64,000 nt of DNA from an uncultured Actinomycetales bacterium (GTDB lineage: Bacteria; Actinomycetota; Actinomycetes; S36-B12), in NCBI GenBank assembly GCA_913063435.1, contig CAJXYI010000003.1, positions 14,243 through 78,242 of the forward strand, written 5' to 3'. Each line of letters begins with the position of its first letter. The first letter of the stretch is position 1. Positions 53,336 to 62,691 of the stretch are shown here, in pieces. A program made the translations under genes and the position numbers. Under the pieces are notes generated by a model, which was given only the letters and a program-made list of their open reading frames with translations, ran no database searches and was not told the DNA's origin.

Positions 53336-54940
53336 GTGACTACGCTCGCTGCCGTGCCGTCGTCGTCTGCTGCCGCTGATCGCGAGGTCGTCCTCGTCGT
53401 GGACTTCGGGGCTCAATACGCCCAACTGATCGCCCGCCGCGTGCGCGAGGCGCAGGTGTATTCCGAGATCGTGCCGCACACGATGCCGGTGGCTGAGATG
53501 GTGGCACGACGCCCGACAGCGGTGATCCTGTCCGGGGGGCCGGCGAGCGTGTACGCCGAGGGTGCTCCACGCATCGACGCCGCCCTCTTCGACGCTGGAA
53601 TCCCGGTGTTCGGCATCTGCTACGGGTTCCAGGCGATGGCTTCGGCACTCGGTGGCACGGTGGAGCAGACCGGGGTGCGCGAATACGGCGGCACCCCGCT
53701 CGAGGTGACGAACCCCGATGCCGTCCTGCTCACCGGACTGCCTGCGACGCAGTCGGTGTGGATGTCCCACGGAGACTCGGTTACCCGTGCACCGGAGGGC
53801 TTTTCCGTCACGGCATCGAGTGCCGGTGCACCGGTCGCTGCCTTCGAGAACATCGAGCGCCGCCTCGCGGGGGTTCAGTTCCACCCCGAGGTGATGCATA
53901 CCGACCACGGTCAGACGATGCTCGAACGTTTTCTGCACGACATCGCCGGCTGCGTGAGGGAATGGACGACCGCTGGAGTCATCGACGAACAGGCCGCTCG
54001 GATTCGCGAGCAGGTCGGTGATGGTCTCGTGATCTGCGGATTGTCGGGGGGCGTGGATTCTGCTGTTGCCGCGGCACTCGTGCAGCGTGCTGTGGGAGAG
54101 CAATTGGTATGTGTTTTCGTCGATCATGGGCTGCTGCGTGAAGGCGAGGCTGAGCAGGTGGAACGGGATTTCGTCGCGGCCACCGACGTGCGTCTCGTCG
54201 TCGTGGATGCCGCCGACCGATTCCTGGAGGCACTCGCCGGTGTGGAGGATCCCGAAACCAAGCGCAAGATCATCGGGCGGGAGTTCATCCGCGTCTTCGA
54301 GCAGGCTGCACGCGACATCGTCGCAGAGGCGGGTGAATCCGGACGCAGCGTGGATTACCTCGTTCAGGGCACTCTCTACCCCGACGTCGTCGAATCCGGT
54401 GGCGGCACGGGGACGGCGAATATCAAGAGCCACCACAACGTCGGTGGCCTTCCCGAAGACTTGACGTTCCGGCTCGTCGAGCCCCTGCGCACCCTGTTCA
54501 AAGACGAGGTTCGGGCGGTGGGAGAGCAGTTGGGGCTGCCGCCGGAGATCGTCTGGCGGCACCCGTTCCCGGGGCCGGGCCTGGCGATCCGCATCGTGGG
54601 GGCGGTTGATGCTGAACGGTTAGCCATCCTTCGCGCGGCCGATGCCATCGCACGGGAGGAACTGACTGCTGCGGGGCTCGATCGTGACGTGTGGCAGTTC
54701 CCGGTGGTTCTGTTAGCCGATGTCCGGTCGGTCGGCGTGCAGGGTGATGGACGCACCTACGGCCATCCGATCGTGCTGCGGCCGGTATCCAGTGAAGACG
54801 CGATGACCGCGGATTGGTCGCGCCTGCCGCATGAGGTCATCGCGGCGATCTCGACACGCATCACCAACGAGGTCCCTGCAGTGAACCGGGTGGTGTTGGA
54901 TGTAACGAGCAAGCCGCCCGGAACCATCGAGTGGGAGTGA
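53336..54940 (+). CDS. guaA: glutamine-hydrolysing GMP synthase
   Basis: GTG 53336 gives 534 aa; GATase GICYGFQ; PP-loop SGGVDS; ends ...PPGTIEWE. Confidence 0.95.
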   Translation: MTTLAAVPSSSAAADREVVLVVDFGAQYAQLIARRVREAQVYSEIVPHTMPVAEMVARRPTAVILSGGPASVYAEGAPRIDAALFDAGIPVFGICYGFQAMASALGGTVEQTGVREYGGTPLEVTNPDAVLLTGLPATQSVWMSHGDSVTRAPEGFSVTASSAGAPVAAFENIERRLAGVQFHPEVMHTDHGQTMLERFLHDIAGCVREWTTAGVIDEQAARIREQVGDGLVICGLSGGVDSAVAAALVQRAVGEQLVCVFVDHGLLREGEAEQVERDFVAATDVRLVVVDAADRFLEALAGVEDPETKRKIIGREFIRVFEQAARDIVAEAGESGRSVDYLVQGTLYPDVVESGGGTGTANIKSHHNVGGLPEDLTFRLVEPLRTLFKDEVRAVGEQLGLPPEIVWRHPFPGPGLAIRIVGAVDAERLAILRAADAIAREELTAAGLDRDVWQFPVVLLADVRSVGVQGDGRTYGHPIVLRPVSSEDAMTADWSRLPHEVIAAISTRITNEVPAVNRVVLDVTSKPPGTIEWE

Positions 54941-55048
54941 TCCCGCTCGACATCGGCACACGAGTGGGAGTGATCCCGCTCGACATCGGCACGCGAGTGG
55001 GAGTGACGTCGTATTCGACACCGACCTGGGAATGGGAGTGATCCCGAG
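54928..55048 (+). repeat. 33-bp tandem repeat starting in the last codons of guaA
   Basis: CGAGTGGGAGTGATCCCGCTCGACATCGGCAC(A/G) at 54928-54960 and 54961-54993. A partial copy at 54994-55006. A related GGAATGGGAGTGATCCCG at 55028-55045. Confidence 0.88.
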
Positions 55049-55069
55049 ATGGCTGGCTAGGGTGGGGGT

Positions 55070-55432
55070 ATGGACGTCGTCTACAACCTGATCCTCATAC
55101 TGCATTTCATCGGCCTGGCCAGTGTGGTCGGCGGTTTCTTGGTGCAGATGCGCTCCAGTCAGAAGGGCGTCAACCCGGCGATGCTCCATGGAGCGCTGAC
55201 TCAGCTGGTGACCGGGTTGCTCCTGGTGGGCCTGCCCGAGATGGGTGTGGCGACGCCGTTCCCCGGCTGGGAGAGCTGGGATCACGTCAAGATCGGCGTG
55301 AAACTGGCCCTGACGGTTGTCATCACGGTCCTGGCGTTCGTCGGTCGACGCAAGCCGCTGCCGCAGGTCGGGCTGTGGGGTGCGATCGGCGCACTGTCGA
55401 TCGCCAACATCTTCATCGCAGTCCTCTGGTAG
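55070..55432 (+). CDS. hypothetical integral membrane protein (about 4 TM)
   Basis: 120-aa hydrophobic ORF, MDVVYNLILILHFIGLASVVGGFLV... Confidence 0.65.
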   Translation: MDVVYNLILILHFIGLASVVGGFLVQMRSSQKGVNPAMLHGALTQLVTGLLLVGLPEMGVATPFPGWESWDHVKIGVKLALTVVITVLAFVGRRKPLPQVGLWGAIGALSIANIFIAVLW

Positions 55433-55453
55433 CCACGACCGGCAACCCCTTTC

Positions 55454-55518
55454 CCGTCTGAGTTACCTGAGTGGTCGTTAACTCCGCCGATTAACGACCA
55501 CTCAGGTAACTCAGACGG
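55454..55518. repeat. Palindromic intergenic repeat, copy C (perfect 28-bp arms, 9-nt loop)
   Basis: CCGTCTGAGTTACCTGAGTGGTCGTTAA-CTCCGCCGA-TTAACGACCACTCAGGTAACTCAGACGG, between convergent genes. Confidence 0.9.
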
Positions 55519-55530
55519 AGTTCGGTGGGG

Positions 55531-56283
55531 TCAACTGATGTGGATGAGCTGGAACGTCTCGGCGTAGCGTCCTTCGGGCAACCCCGCCTGTGCCGCTGCC
55601 CCCGACAGCCAGCCGCGGATGCGCTCATCGAGATCGTTCATGTGCGCCGTCTGACTGGCATGGGCGCGTAGCGCGGTGAGTTTCGCGTCGACGAAGTCGG
55701 TGACATCGACTGCATGCGTAGGTTGCGGTCCCGCCATGATCCACACCTCGGGCACGACCCAGTCGACGAGGCCCTCATCGGCGAGCAACTCGGTGTGGGC
55801 GAAGGGATTGCGCGCATCGGGGTAGATCGCACAGAGAGCCGCCTCACCTGCGGCGAGGTGATCAGGATGCGAGGCCTGAATCCGCTGCCAGTTGCGCTCG
55901 GGGGACTGGATGAGCATCCGCTCGGGCCGAACCTGTCGGATCACCCGGCTGATGTCGCGGCGCAGGCCCATGGTGACCGTCAGTGAACCGTCGCGATAGC
56001 CGAGGAAGCGCACATCGGCGACACCCAGGCTTTCGCCGGCCGCGATCTGCTCGGCTCGCCGGATCTCCGGAATCTGCGAGCGGGGGACATCGGGGTCGAA
56101 CCCCCCGGCATCGCCGTCGGTGATCACGCAGTAGGTGACCGCGGTGCCCTGGCTGACCCAGTGGGCCACGGTGCCGCCGGCGCCGAAATCCACATCGTCG
56201 GGGTGGGCGGTGACGACCAGGGCCCGCTCGACGGGGGGAACGGGTTCGATCGAGAGGTTCGGCTCGGCTGCCATAGCGGCCAA
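55531..56283 (-). CDS. PIG-L/LmbE-family deacetylase
   Basis: 250 aa; VVTAHPDDVDFGAGGT zinc-binding motif. Confidence 0.85.
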   Translation of the reverse strand: MAAMAAEPNLSIEPVPPVERALVVTAHPDDVDFGAGGTVAHWVSQGTAVTYCVITDGDAGGFDPDVPRSQIPEIRRAEQIAAGESLGVADVRFLGYRDGSLTVTMGLRRDISRVIRQVRPERMLIQSPERNWQRIQASHPDHLAAGEAALCAIYPDARNPFAHTELLADEGLVDWVVPEVWIMAGPQPTHAVDVTDFVDAKLTALRAHASQTAHMNDLDERIRGWLSGAAAQAGLPEGRYAETFQLIHIS

Positions 56284-56428
56284 GTATCCCCTAGGGGCTC
56301 GGCTGGGCTGACGGGGAGCGGGTGGGCTGGTGGTCGACGCTGCGGGTCTGGGAATCGGGCCGGAATCGGGTGAACATCCGGGTGTCGGCGGGTGACCGGC
56401 CTCGATCAGCGGCTACCGTCGACCCACC

Positions 56429-58435
56429 ATGATCGGTGCGCGGCGTTCCCTCACGCGTTCCGGGCGCCTGCGTGCGGCCGGAACCCCCATCGGTATTGCC
56501 CTGGGTGCAACGCTGGCGCTGGCGGCCGGGCTCCTCGCCCCCGCGGCGGCGACCGCCAGCGAGTCCTCCGACTCCGTCCCTGCGGTCCAGCCCCTCTCGC
56601 AGGAGTCCACCCCGGTCGTCGAGCCCACTGCCGAGGAGGCACAGGCTGACGAAGCGGAAGCCGACGAAACGGCAGCCGACGAGAAGCGGGCCGACAAGAA
56701 GAAGTCTGACAAGAAGAGATCCGACAAGAAGCGAGCCGAGCAGGATCGGGTGGCCAAGGCCGACGAGCCTGAGCTCCCGCCGGCCCCCGTCCCCGCGGTT
56801 CCCGCCGATCTCCCCGCCGTCGTGGACCCGCTTCCGGGATATCAGGGTCAGGGGATCTGCGATCCCACGCCCAAGTCAGGTTCACTGGCCTTAGCCCAGT
56901 TGATCAAGGACACCTACGGCTCGCTCGCGACGAGTGTGTGGATCCCGCGGGATTGCAGCATCGGCGGTCGCAGCGAGCACAAGGAGGGTCGCGCGGTCGA
57001 TTGGATGATCAACCAGCGGATCCCGGTGCAGGACCAGGCGGCCGAGGCGTTCATCGATTGGCTGCTGGCTCCGGACGAGAACGGCAACCAGTTCGCGATG
57101 GCCCGCCGGCTCGGTGTGATGTACATCGGCTGGGGCGATGAGATCTGGGAGTCCTACCGCCAGGGTTGGAGCGAGCTGAAAGGCTGCTACTCCACCCCCG
57201 AACCCGCCTATGACAACTACTGCCACCGCAACCACATTCACATCTCGCTGTCGTGGGACGGTGCTGCTGCTCGGACGAGTTTCTGGGGTGGGTCGCCGAC
57301 ACCCGTGCCGTTCTGTCCCACGACCTATCCGATTCCGTCGAGTGAGCCCATGTCGATGGGCCGGGGGCTGGACTTCGTGGCGACAACCCCTCGACGGGTT
57401 CTCGATACCCGAACGGGGTCGGGTCTGGCATCGGGCGATCCGTGTCGATTGACGCAGAAATCCGGTGGAGGCCCGGGGGCATCCGTCGCGCTGAAGGTCG
57501 CCGATCTTCGCGGGGCACCGCGCGGTGACATCCGCGCTGTGGCCGTGCGCACCATCACCATCGGCTCCAACTCACCGGCTGCCCTGCGCGCGCTGACCTT
57601 CGCGGGGGAACCGATCGCACCCGTGAAGATCGGCGGACGCACCGAGGCCACCACGGTGATCCCGGTGGGCGAAGACGGCACGATCGCCTTCACCACCGAT
57701 TCGGGAGCCACCCACCTGCTCGTCGATGTGCTCGGCTACTTCGTCGCACCGGCATCGGTGACGGCGGCCGGCACCGGATTGACACTCAGCGACGGCGCAG
57801 TGGTGTACGACACTGCAGATGACACGGTTCTCGGACCTCGTGAAAAGCGCGTCATCAGCCTGAACGTCGACGGCGACATTCCCCGCGGTGCTCTTATCTC
57901 GCTCACGATCAGTGGCGGTGAACGGTCCGGAAAACTCATCGTGCGACCGGCCGGCACCAAGCGGACGACGGCGACACCGGTGCTGTCCTACCGCCGAGCG
58001 GACATCTCGACGCAGACGTTGTTGACCAAAGTCAACGATCAGGGCGAGATCATCGTGGTCAACAGAAGCCGCGGGGCGGTCGATCTGAAGGTCGTCGTCG
58101 AAGCCGCTTCGTTGCCCTCGAGCGCGCCAGGTTCGCTCGTGGTGCCGGTTGCGCCCACGGATATCGATGGTCGACAGACATCACTGCGTCGAGTGCTGCG
58201 GGACGCGAAGGGATCTGCGGGTGTCGTATTGCAGGTTGATGCCGCAACGACGTCCAAGTCTGCGTCCATCCGGTACTGGTCGGGAACTGCGACGCCCACG
58301 GTGGTGCATGTCGGCCGGAAGTCCGCGCAGTCGTCGCTGATCGTGGTCCCGTTGACCGACTCGGCGCTCATCATGCGCGAGATCGTCGGCGGGGATGTCG
58401 ATGTCAGGGCACGCATCGTGGCCTACCTCCGCTGA
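56429..58435 (+). CDS. secreted protein: LAS/M15-like zinc-peptidase domain plus three repeated beta-rich modules
   Basis: Signal peptide; E/K-rich linker; SEHKEGRAVD (SxHxxGxAxD) and HRNHIH motifs. The C-terminal modules end in ...HLLVDVLGYF, ...VDLKVVVEA and ...VRARIVAYL. Confidence 0.7.
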   Translation: MIGARRSLTRSGRLRAAGTPIGIALGATLALAAGLLAPAAATASESSDSVPAVQPLSQESTPVVEPTAEEAQADEAEADETAADEKRADKKKSDKKRSDKKRAEQDRVAKADEPELPPAPVPAVPADLPAVVDPLPGYQGQGICDPTPKSGSLALAQLIKDTYGSLATSVWIPRDCSIGGRSEHKEGRAVDWMINQRIPVQDQAAEAFIDWLLAPDENGNQFAMARRLGVMYIGWGDEIWESYRQGWSELKGCYSTPEPAYDNYCHRNHIHISLSWDGAAARTSFWGGSPTPVPFCPTTYPIPSSEPMSMGRGLDFVATTPRRVLDTRTGSGLASGDPCRLTQKSGGGPGASVALKVADLRGAPRGDIRAVAVRTITIGSNSPAALRALTFAGEPIAPVKIGGRTEATTVIPVGEDGTIAFTTDSGATHLLVDVLGYFVAPASVTAAGTGLTLSDGAVVYDTADDTVLGPREKRVISLNVDGDIPRGALISLTISGGERSGKLIVRPAGTKRTTATPVLSYRRADISTQTLLTKVNDQGEIIVVNRSRGAVDLKVVVEAASLPSSAPGSLVVPVAPTDIDGRQTSLRRVLRDAKGSAGVVLQVDAATTSKSASIRYWSGTATPTVVHVGRKSAQSSLIVVPLTDSALIMREIVGGDVDVRARIVAYLR

Positions 58436-60728
58436 TCTCGCCCTGCGCGGAGAGTCTGTCCGAGCTGACCCGTACGATCGAGTGGTGCTCGAGTTGAACC
58501 CCGCCCAGCAGGCAGCGGTCGAGCATCGGGGTACCCCACTACTCATCGTGGCCGGCGCCGGTTCGGGGAAGACTCGAGTCCTCACCCAGCGCATCGCCGA
58601 ACTGATCCGCACAGGTGACGCGCAACCGGGGGAGATCCTCGCCATCACCTTCACGAACAAGGCTGCTCGCGAGATGGCCGACCGAGTGTCAGCTCAGGTC
58701 GGCGGTGCGGCACGTGCGATGTGGGTATCGACCTTCCATTCCGCCTGTGTGCGCATTCTGCGCCGCGAAGCCAAACGATTGGGCATGACGACGTCGTTCT
58801 CGATCTACGATGCCGCTGATTCCCAGCGCCTCATGGGAATGGTTCTGCGGGATATGGATATGGATCCCAAGCGTTATCCGCCGAGGTCCATGCTGGCCCG
58901 AGTCTCGAACCTGAAGAACGAGCTCATCGATGAGGAGACCTACCGATCTGGTGCCGAGCAACCAGATGAGTTGATCCTGGCGGATGCCTACGCGGATTAT
59001 CAACGTCGCCTCCGCAGAGCCAACGCTTTCGATTTCGACGACCTGATCGGTGCCACCGTTGCACTCCTGCAGTTGTATCCCGACGTGGCCGAGCACTATC
59101 ACCGCAAGTTCCGCCACATCCTGGTCGATGAGTACCAGGACACCAACCATGCGCAGTATGTGCTCGTCCGTGAACTCGTCGGACGTGGAGACGACGGAGT
59201 GCCGCCCGGGCAGCTGTGCGTAGTCGGGGACGCAGATCAGTCGATTTACGCATTCCGCGGAGCGACGATCCGCAATATCGAGCAGTTCGAGCAGGATTAC
59301 CCCGATGCCCGGACGATCCTGCTCGAACAGAACTACCGCTCGACGCAGACGGTGCTCGATGCGGCGAACGCGGTCATTTCGCGCAATCCGCAGCGCCGGG
59401 ATAAACATCTGTGGACCGAATCGGGGCCCGGTGCACCGATCGTCACTTACGTCGCTGATGACGAGCATGACGAGGCGAATTTCGTCGCTGAGGAAATCGA
59501 CCGACTCGCTGACACCGAAGGCATTCGCCCCGGAGACGTCGCAGTGTTCTATCGCACCAACGCCCAATCCCGATCGATCGAGGAGATCTTCATCCGCCTG
59601 GGGATCCCCTACACCGTCGTCGGGGGAACGCGGTTCTATGAGCGGCGCGAGATCAAGGACGCGATCGCGTATCTGCGGGCGGTGGCCAACCCAGCCGATG
59701 ATGTGTCGCTGCGCAGAATCCTCAATGTTCCCAAGCGAGGTATCGGTGATCGCGCAGAGTCGATGCTGGCCGCGTTCGCCGAACGTGAGCGCACCACCTT
59801 CGCCGAAGCACTCGACCGGGCCGATGATGTGCCCGGCCTGGCGACACGGTCGTTGACGCAGGTGCGGGCGTTCGCGTCGATGATGAACGATCTGCGTACG
59901 GTGGCCGATTCGGGAGCAGGGCCGGCCGTGGTGTTGCAAGCGGTGCTCGAGCAGTCGGGATACCTCGCGGAACTCACGAACTCCCACGACCCACAGGATG
60001 AGACCCGCGTGGAAAACCTCGCCGAATTGGAATCGGTCGCGGTGGAATACGAGCGTGACACCGATGATGCGGATCTGATCAGTTTCCTCGAGCGGATCTC
60101 GTTGGTCGCCGATGCCGACGAGATCCCCGACAGTGCCGATGACGGAAGCGGTGTCGTCACGTTGATGACCCTGCACACGGCCAAGGGGCTGGAATTCCCC
60201 GTTGTGTTCATCACCGGTTTGGAGGACGGGGTCTTTCCGCATCAGCGTTCACTCGCCGATTCCGGCGAGATCGCGGAGGAACGCCGACTGGCGTACGTCG
60301 GCATCACTCGGGCACGCCAGCGATTGATCCTCACCCGATCGCTGATGCGCTCGGCCTGGGGCTCGCCGGTGTCGAATCCACCGTCACGGTTTCTCGATGA
60401 CATCCCACCGACCCTGGTCGATGTCCGACGCGATGAGCCGGTGCGATCGCCCACGACAGTGCCGAGTTCGTCCTTTGGCGGTCGCGCGACAACAGGTTCG
60501 GCCGCAGCGACCCGTCCGAGTTTCGGTCCCGGGGGCACACCAGCCCCCGGTGGTGTGGCGGTCTTGGACCTCGCGCCGGGCGAACGGGTGCTGCACCCGA
60601 AATACGGGATGGGCACGGTTGTCGGTGTCGAAGGAGCCGGTGAACGCGCCCAGGCCACCATCGACTTCGGCTCCGAAGGCACGAAACGGCTGCTGCTGCG
60701 TTATGCCCCGGTCGAACGACTCAGTTGA
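58395..60728 (+). CDS. pcrA: ATP-dependent DNA helicase PcrA/UvrD
   Basis: 777 aa; Walker A AGAGSGKT; DEYQDTN. Start is uncertain: 58395 overlaps the upstream gene by 41 nt. Confidence 0.92.
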   Translation: MSMSGHASWPTSADLALRGESVRADPYDRVVLELNPAQQAAVEHRGTPLLIVAGAGSGKTRVLTQRIAELIRTGDAQPGEILAITFTNKAAREMADRVSAQVGGAARAMWVSTFHSACVRILRREAKRLGMTTSFSIYDAADSQRLMGMVLRDMDMDPKRYPPRSMLARVSNLKNELIDEETYRSGAEQPDELILADAYADYQRRLRRANAFDFDDLIGATVALLQLYPDVAEHYHRKFRHILVDEYQDTNHAQYVLVRELVGRGDDGVPPGQLCVVGDADQSIYAFRGATIRNIEQFEQDYPDARTILLEQNYRSTQTVLDAANAVISRNPQRRDKHLWTESGPGAPIVTYVADDEHDEANFVAEEIDRLADTEGIRPGDVAVFYRTNAQSRSIEEIFIRLGIPYTVVGGTRFYERREIKDAIAYLRAVANPADDVSLRRILNVPKRGIGDRAESMLAAFAERERTTFAEALDRADDVPGLATRSLTQVRAFASMMNDLRTVADSGAGPAVVLQAVLEQSGYLAELTNSHDPQDETRVENLAELESVAVEYERDTDDADLISFLERISLVADADEIPDSADDGSGVVTLMTLHTAKGLEFPVVFITGLEDGVFPHQRSLADSGEIAEERRLAYVGITRARQRLILTRSLMRSAWGSPVSNPPSRFLDDIPPTLVDVRRDEPVRSPTTVPSSSFGGRATTGSAAATRPSFGPGGTPAPGGVAVLDLAPGERVLHPKYGMGTVVGVEGAGERAQATIDFGSEGTKRLLLRYAPVERLS

Positions 60729-61374
60729 CGCACCCGCCGTATTTCGCGCACGACCATGCCGGTGGAGCGGCTGGGATGCCCGGACGACGCCCTGACCAGA
60801 TCGAGGTGGGGTCGGTGGGCGTTCGTCCGTTATTGACGCGCACTTCCAGGTGCAGGTGGACGCCGGTGGATTGCCCCGTGGTGCCCATCCGCCCGATGCG
60901 TGTGCCGGCGGTGACGCGATCCCCGACGGAAACCAGGATGCGGTTGAGGTGGGCATAGCGAATCTCGGTGCCATCACCACGGCGTATGACGACCAGTTTG
61001 CCGTAGCCGCCGCCGTTGAATTCCGCGGTGGTCACCCGACCCGAAAGCGCGGCGAAGACCGGGTCGCCGAGCTCGCCATCGAAATCGATGCCGGCGTGGC
61101 CGGTGGGCCAATAGGGGCCGATCTCACCGAAGGTTCCGCTGATCGGGGTGCCCTTCTTGACCGGATAAGCCCAGGGGCGAGTGCGCTTCTTGGATCGATC
61201 CGCAGCGGTCCCGGCCCGAAAGGCTGTGACGTCGGCGTTGGTGAGGACTGCCGCCGGAGATGATGTCGCCAGACCTAGCGCGGGCTGTCTGGCCGGCGCC
61301 GGCGAGGCCTGCGCTGGGCCGGCCATCACCAATGCGGCCAGGCCCAGCAGCACGAGGCTGCGGCGGGGGTTCAT
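60721..61374 (-). CDS. secreted M23 (LytM-domain) peptidase
   Basis: 217 aa; signal peptide; HAGIDF...GVHLHLEV. Sits between pcrA and sucC as Rv0950c does in M. tuberculosis; its 3' end overlaps pcrA by 8 nt. Confidence 0.88.
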   Translation of the reverse strand: MNPRRSLVLLGLAALVMAGPAQASPAPARQPALGLATSSPAAVLTNADVTAFRAGTAADRSKKRTRPWAYPVKKGTPISGTFGEIGPYWPTGHAGIDFDGELGDPVFAALSGRVTTAEFNGGGYGKLVVIRRGDGTEIRYAHLNRILVSVGDRVTAGTRIGRMGTTGQSTGVHLHLEVRVNNGRTPTDPTSIWSGRRPGIPAAPPAWSCAKYGGCVN

Positions 61375-61612
61375 TCGACATGCCTAGCAGATGGTCTGTG
61401 ACAGGTGCAAAACTCTGTGACATAAGTGTCATAACTACACGCCGATGCGACGGAAATCATCGTTTATCGGTGCCCTAAGCGACACTTTGGGTCGCATAGC
61501 CGGCCAGCCCTCCCGCTGCTCGCTCCTGCGCGACTCACAACGTCGGTTATCGGCCGAATAAGTGACGATTCGGGTCGCCTAGGGATAACGGTCGGCGTTT
61601 CAGGTCAGCCGA

Positions 61613-62515
61613 TCAGGTCGGCGGATCGAGGGTGGCCAGCGTGGAGCCGATCTCGTGGATCACGCGGCTATCGACCGGGAGCGACATGTGGCCGATGCCC
61701 GGGGTGAACAGATTCCGGGCCGCCAGATCCGGGTGGCTGATCCGCGCGTTGCGCTGGGGGATGACGAGTTGATCGAGGTCCGACCAGACAGCGAGCATCC
61801 GGGTGGTGCAGCCAGGGGCGGGCTCGGCCAACTCGGTGATGACATCGGATCCGATGCGCATCTGGCGCACCACCGGGTGCGGGATGAAACGCGCCGGCAG
61901 GGTGCCCGAATGGGGGGTACCCAACGTGACCAGCGTGTGCACCTGGTCATCGCCACCGAGGCGCTGCACCAGGTAGCGTCCGATGAGTCCGCCCATCGAG
62001 TGACCGATGATGTGGACCTTGTCATGTCCGGTTTCGGCGAGCACATCGGTGACCAGTTCGCCGAGTCGCACGGCGACGGATCGGATGTCATCGGTCAGTG
62101 GCGAATAGTTCAGTGCATAAGTGGAGCCGAACCCGCGACGGCGTAGTCCGCGGCGCATCATGGCGAAGATCGATCGGTTGTCGACGAGGCCGTGCACGAG
62201 AACGATGGGCGTGCCTGCCGCGACGACGTCCCCGACGAGTAGTCCGCGCTGCGTTGGCGGGAGCCCTTCCAGTGACGTGTGCTCGAGTTGCAACCGCGCG
62301 CGCTCTTCGATGAATCCCAGCGGATACAGCGCGAGATGCGCGGCAACCCACGCTGTTTCGACACCGACGCCGCGCATTCCGCGGGGTGACAGTAGTGAAC
62401 GGCGGGCGCGATCCATGGAACTCCACACGCCGCGCGAGCGGGTGGCGAGATCCTCATCCGGGACGGTGGAGTCGACGAGATCGCCGCTTCCGCCACCGAT
62501 CGCCTCATCGGTCAC
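61613..62515 (-). CDS. alpha/beta hydrolase (lipase/esterase-like)
   Basis: 300 aa; VLVHGL... and nucleophile elbow GHSMGG. Confidence 0.8.
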   Translation of the reverse strand: MTDEAIGGGSGDLVDSTVPDEDLATRSRGVWSSMDRARRSLLSPRGMRGVGVETAWVAAHLALYPLGFIEERARLQLEHTSLEGLPPTQRGLLVGDVVAAGTPIVLVHGLVDNRSIFAMMRRGLRRRGFGSTYALNYSPLTDDIRSVAVRLGELVTDVLAETGHDKVHIIGHSMGGLIGRYLVQRLGGDDQVHTLVTLGTPHSGTLPARFIPHPVVRQMRIGSDVITELAEPAPGCTTRMLAVWSDLDQLVIPQRNARISHPDLAARNLFTPGIGHMSLPVDSRVIHEIGSTLATLDPPT

Positions 62516-62691
62516 TACCCCACGGTAACCAACGCGGAGGATCGAAGCGGTCGTGACCCGACCCGGAGTGTGCGATCGCGTGTCGCTAACCTTCAGCCGT
62601 AATGCAATGACATCCCACCGCGGGGCTTCTTCACCATGTGCTGCCCGACCTGACTTCGCGGGGGGATCTCCCCGGGAGGAGCGCGCAGGAC

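Noticed and set aside
54928-55048. CRISPR-like array.
   Set aside because: The units are directly adjacent 33-bp tandem copies with no spacers, there are only ~2.5 copies, and no cas genes are present.
60721-60728. 8-nt convergent overlap of the pcrA and M23 peptidase 3' ends.
   Set aside because: Short convergent overlaps are common in compact high-GC genomes. No additional signal is present.
61375-61612. c-di-AMP (ydaO) riboswitch identity for the M23 peptidase leader.
   Set aside because: The minus-strand RNA contains CCGAAUC-like bits but lacks the conserved ACGGGG/GGGGACCCA/GGGGUGAAUCC/CAGCUAAC elements as far as I can see. It is kept only as an unassigned structured leader, and a cmsearch is needed.
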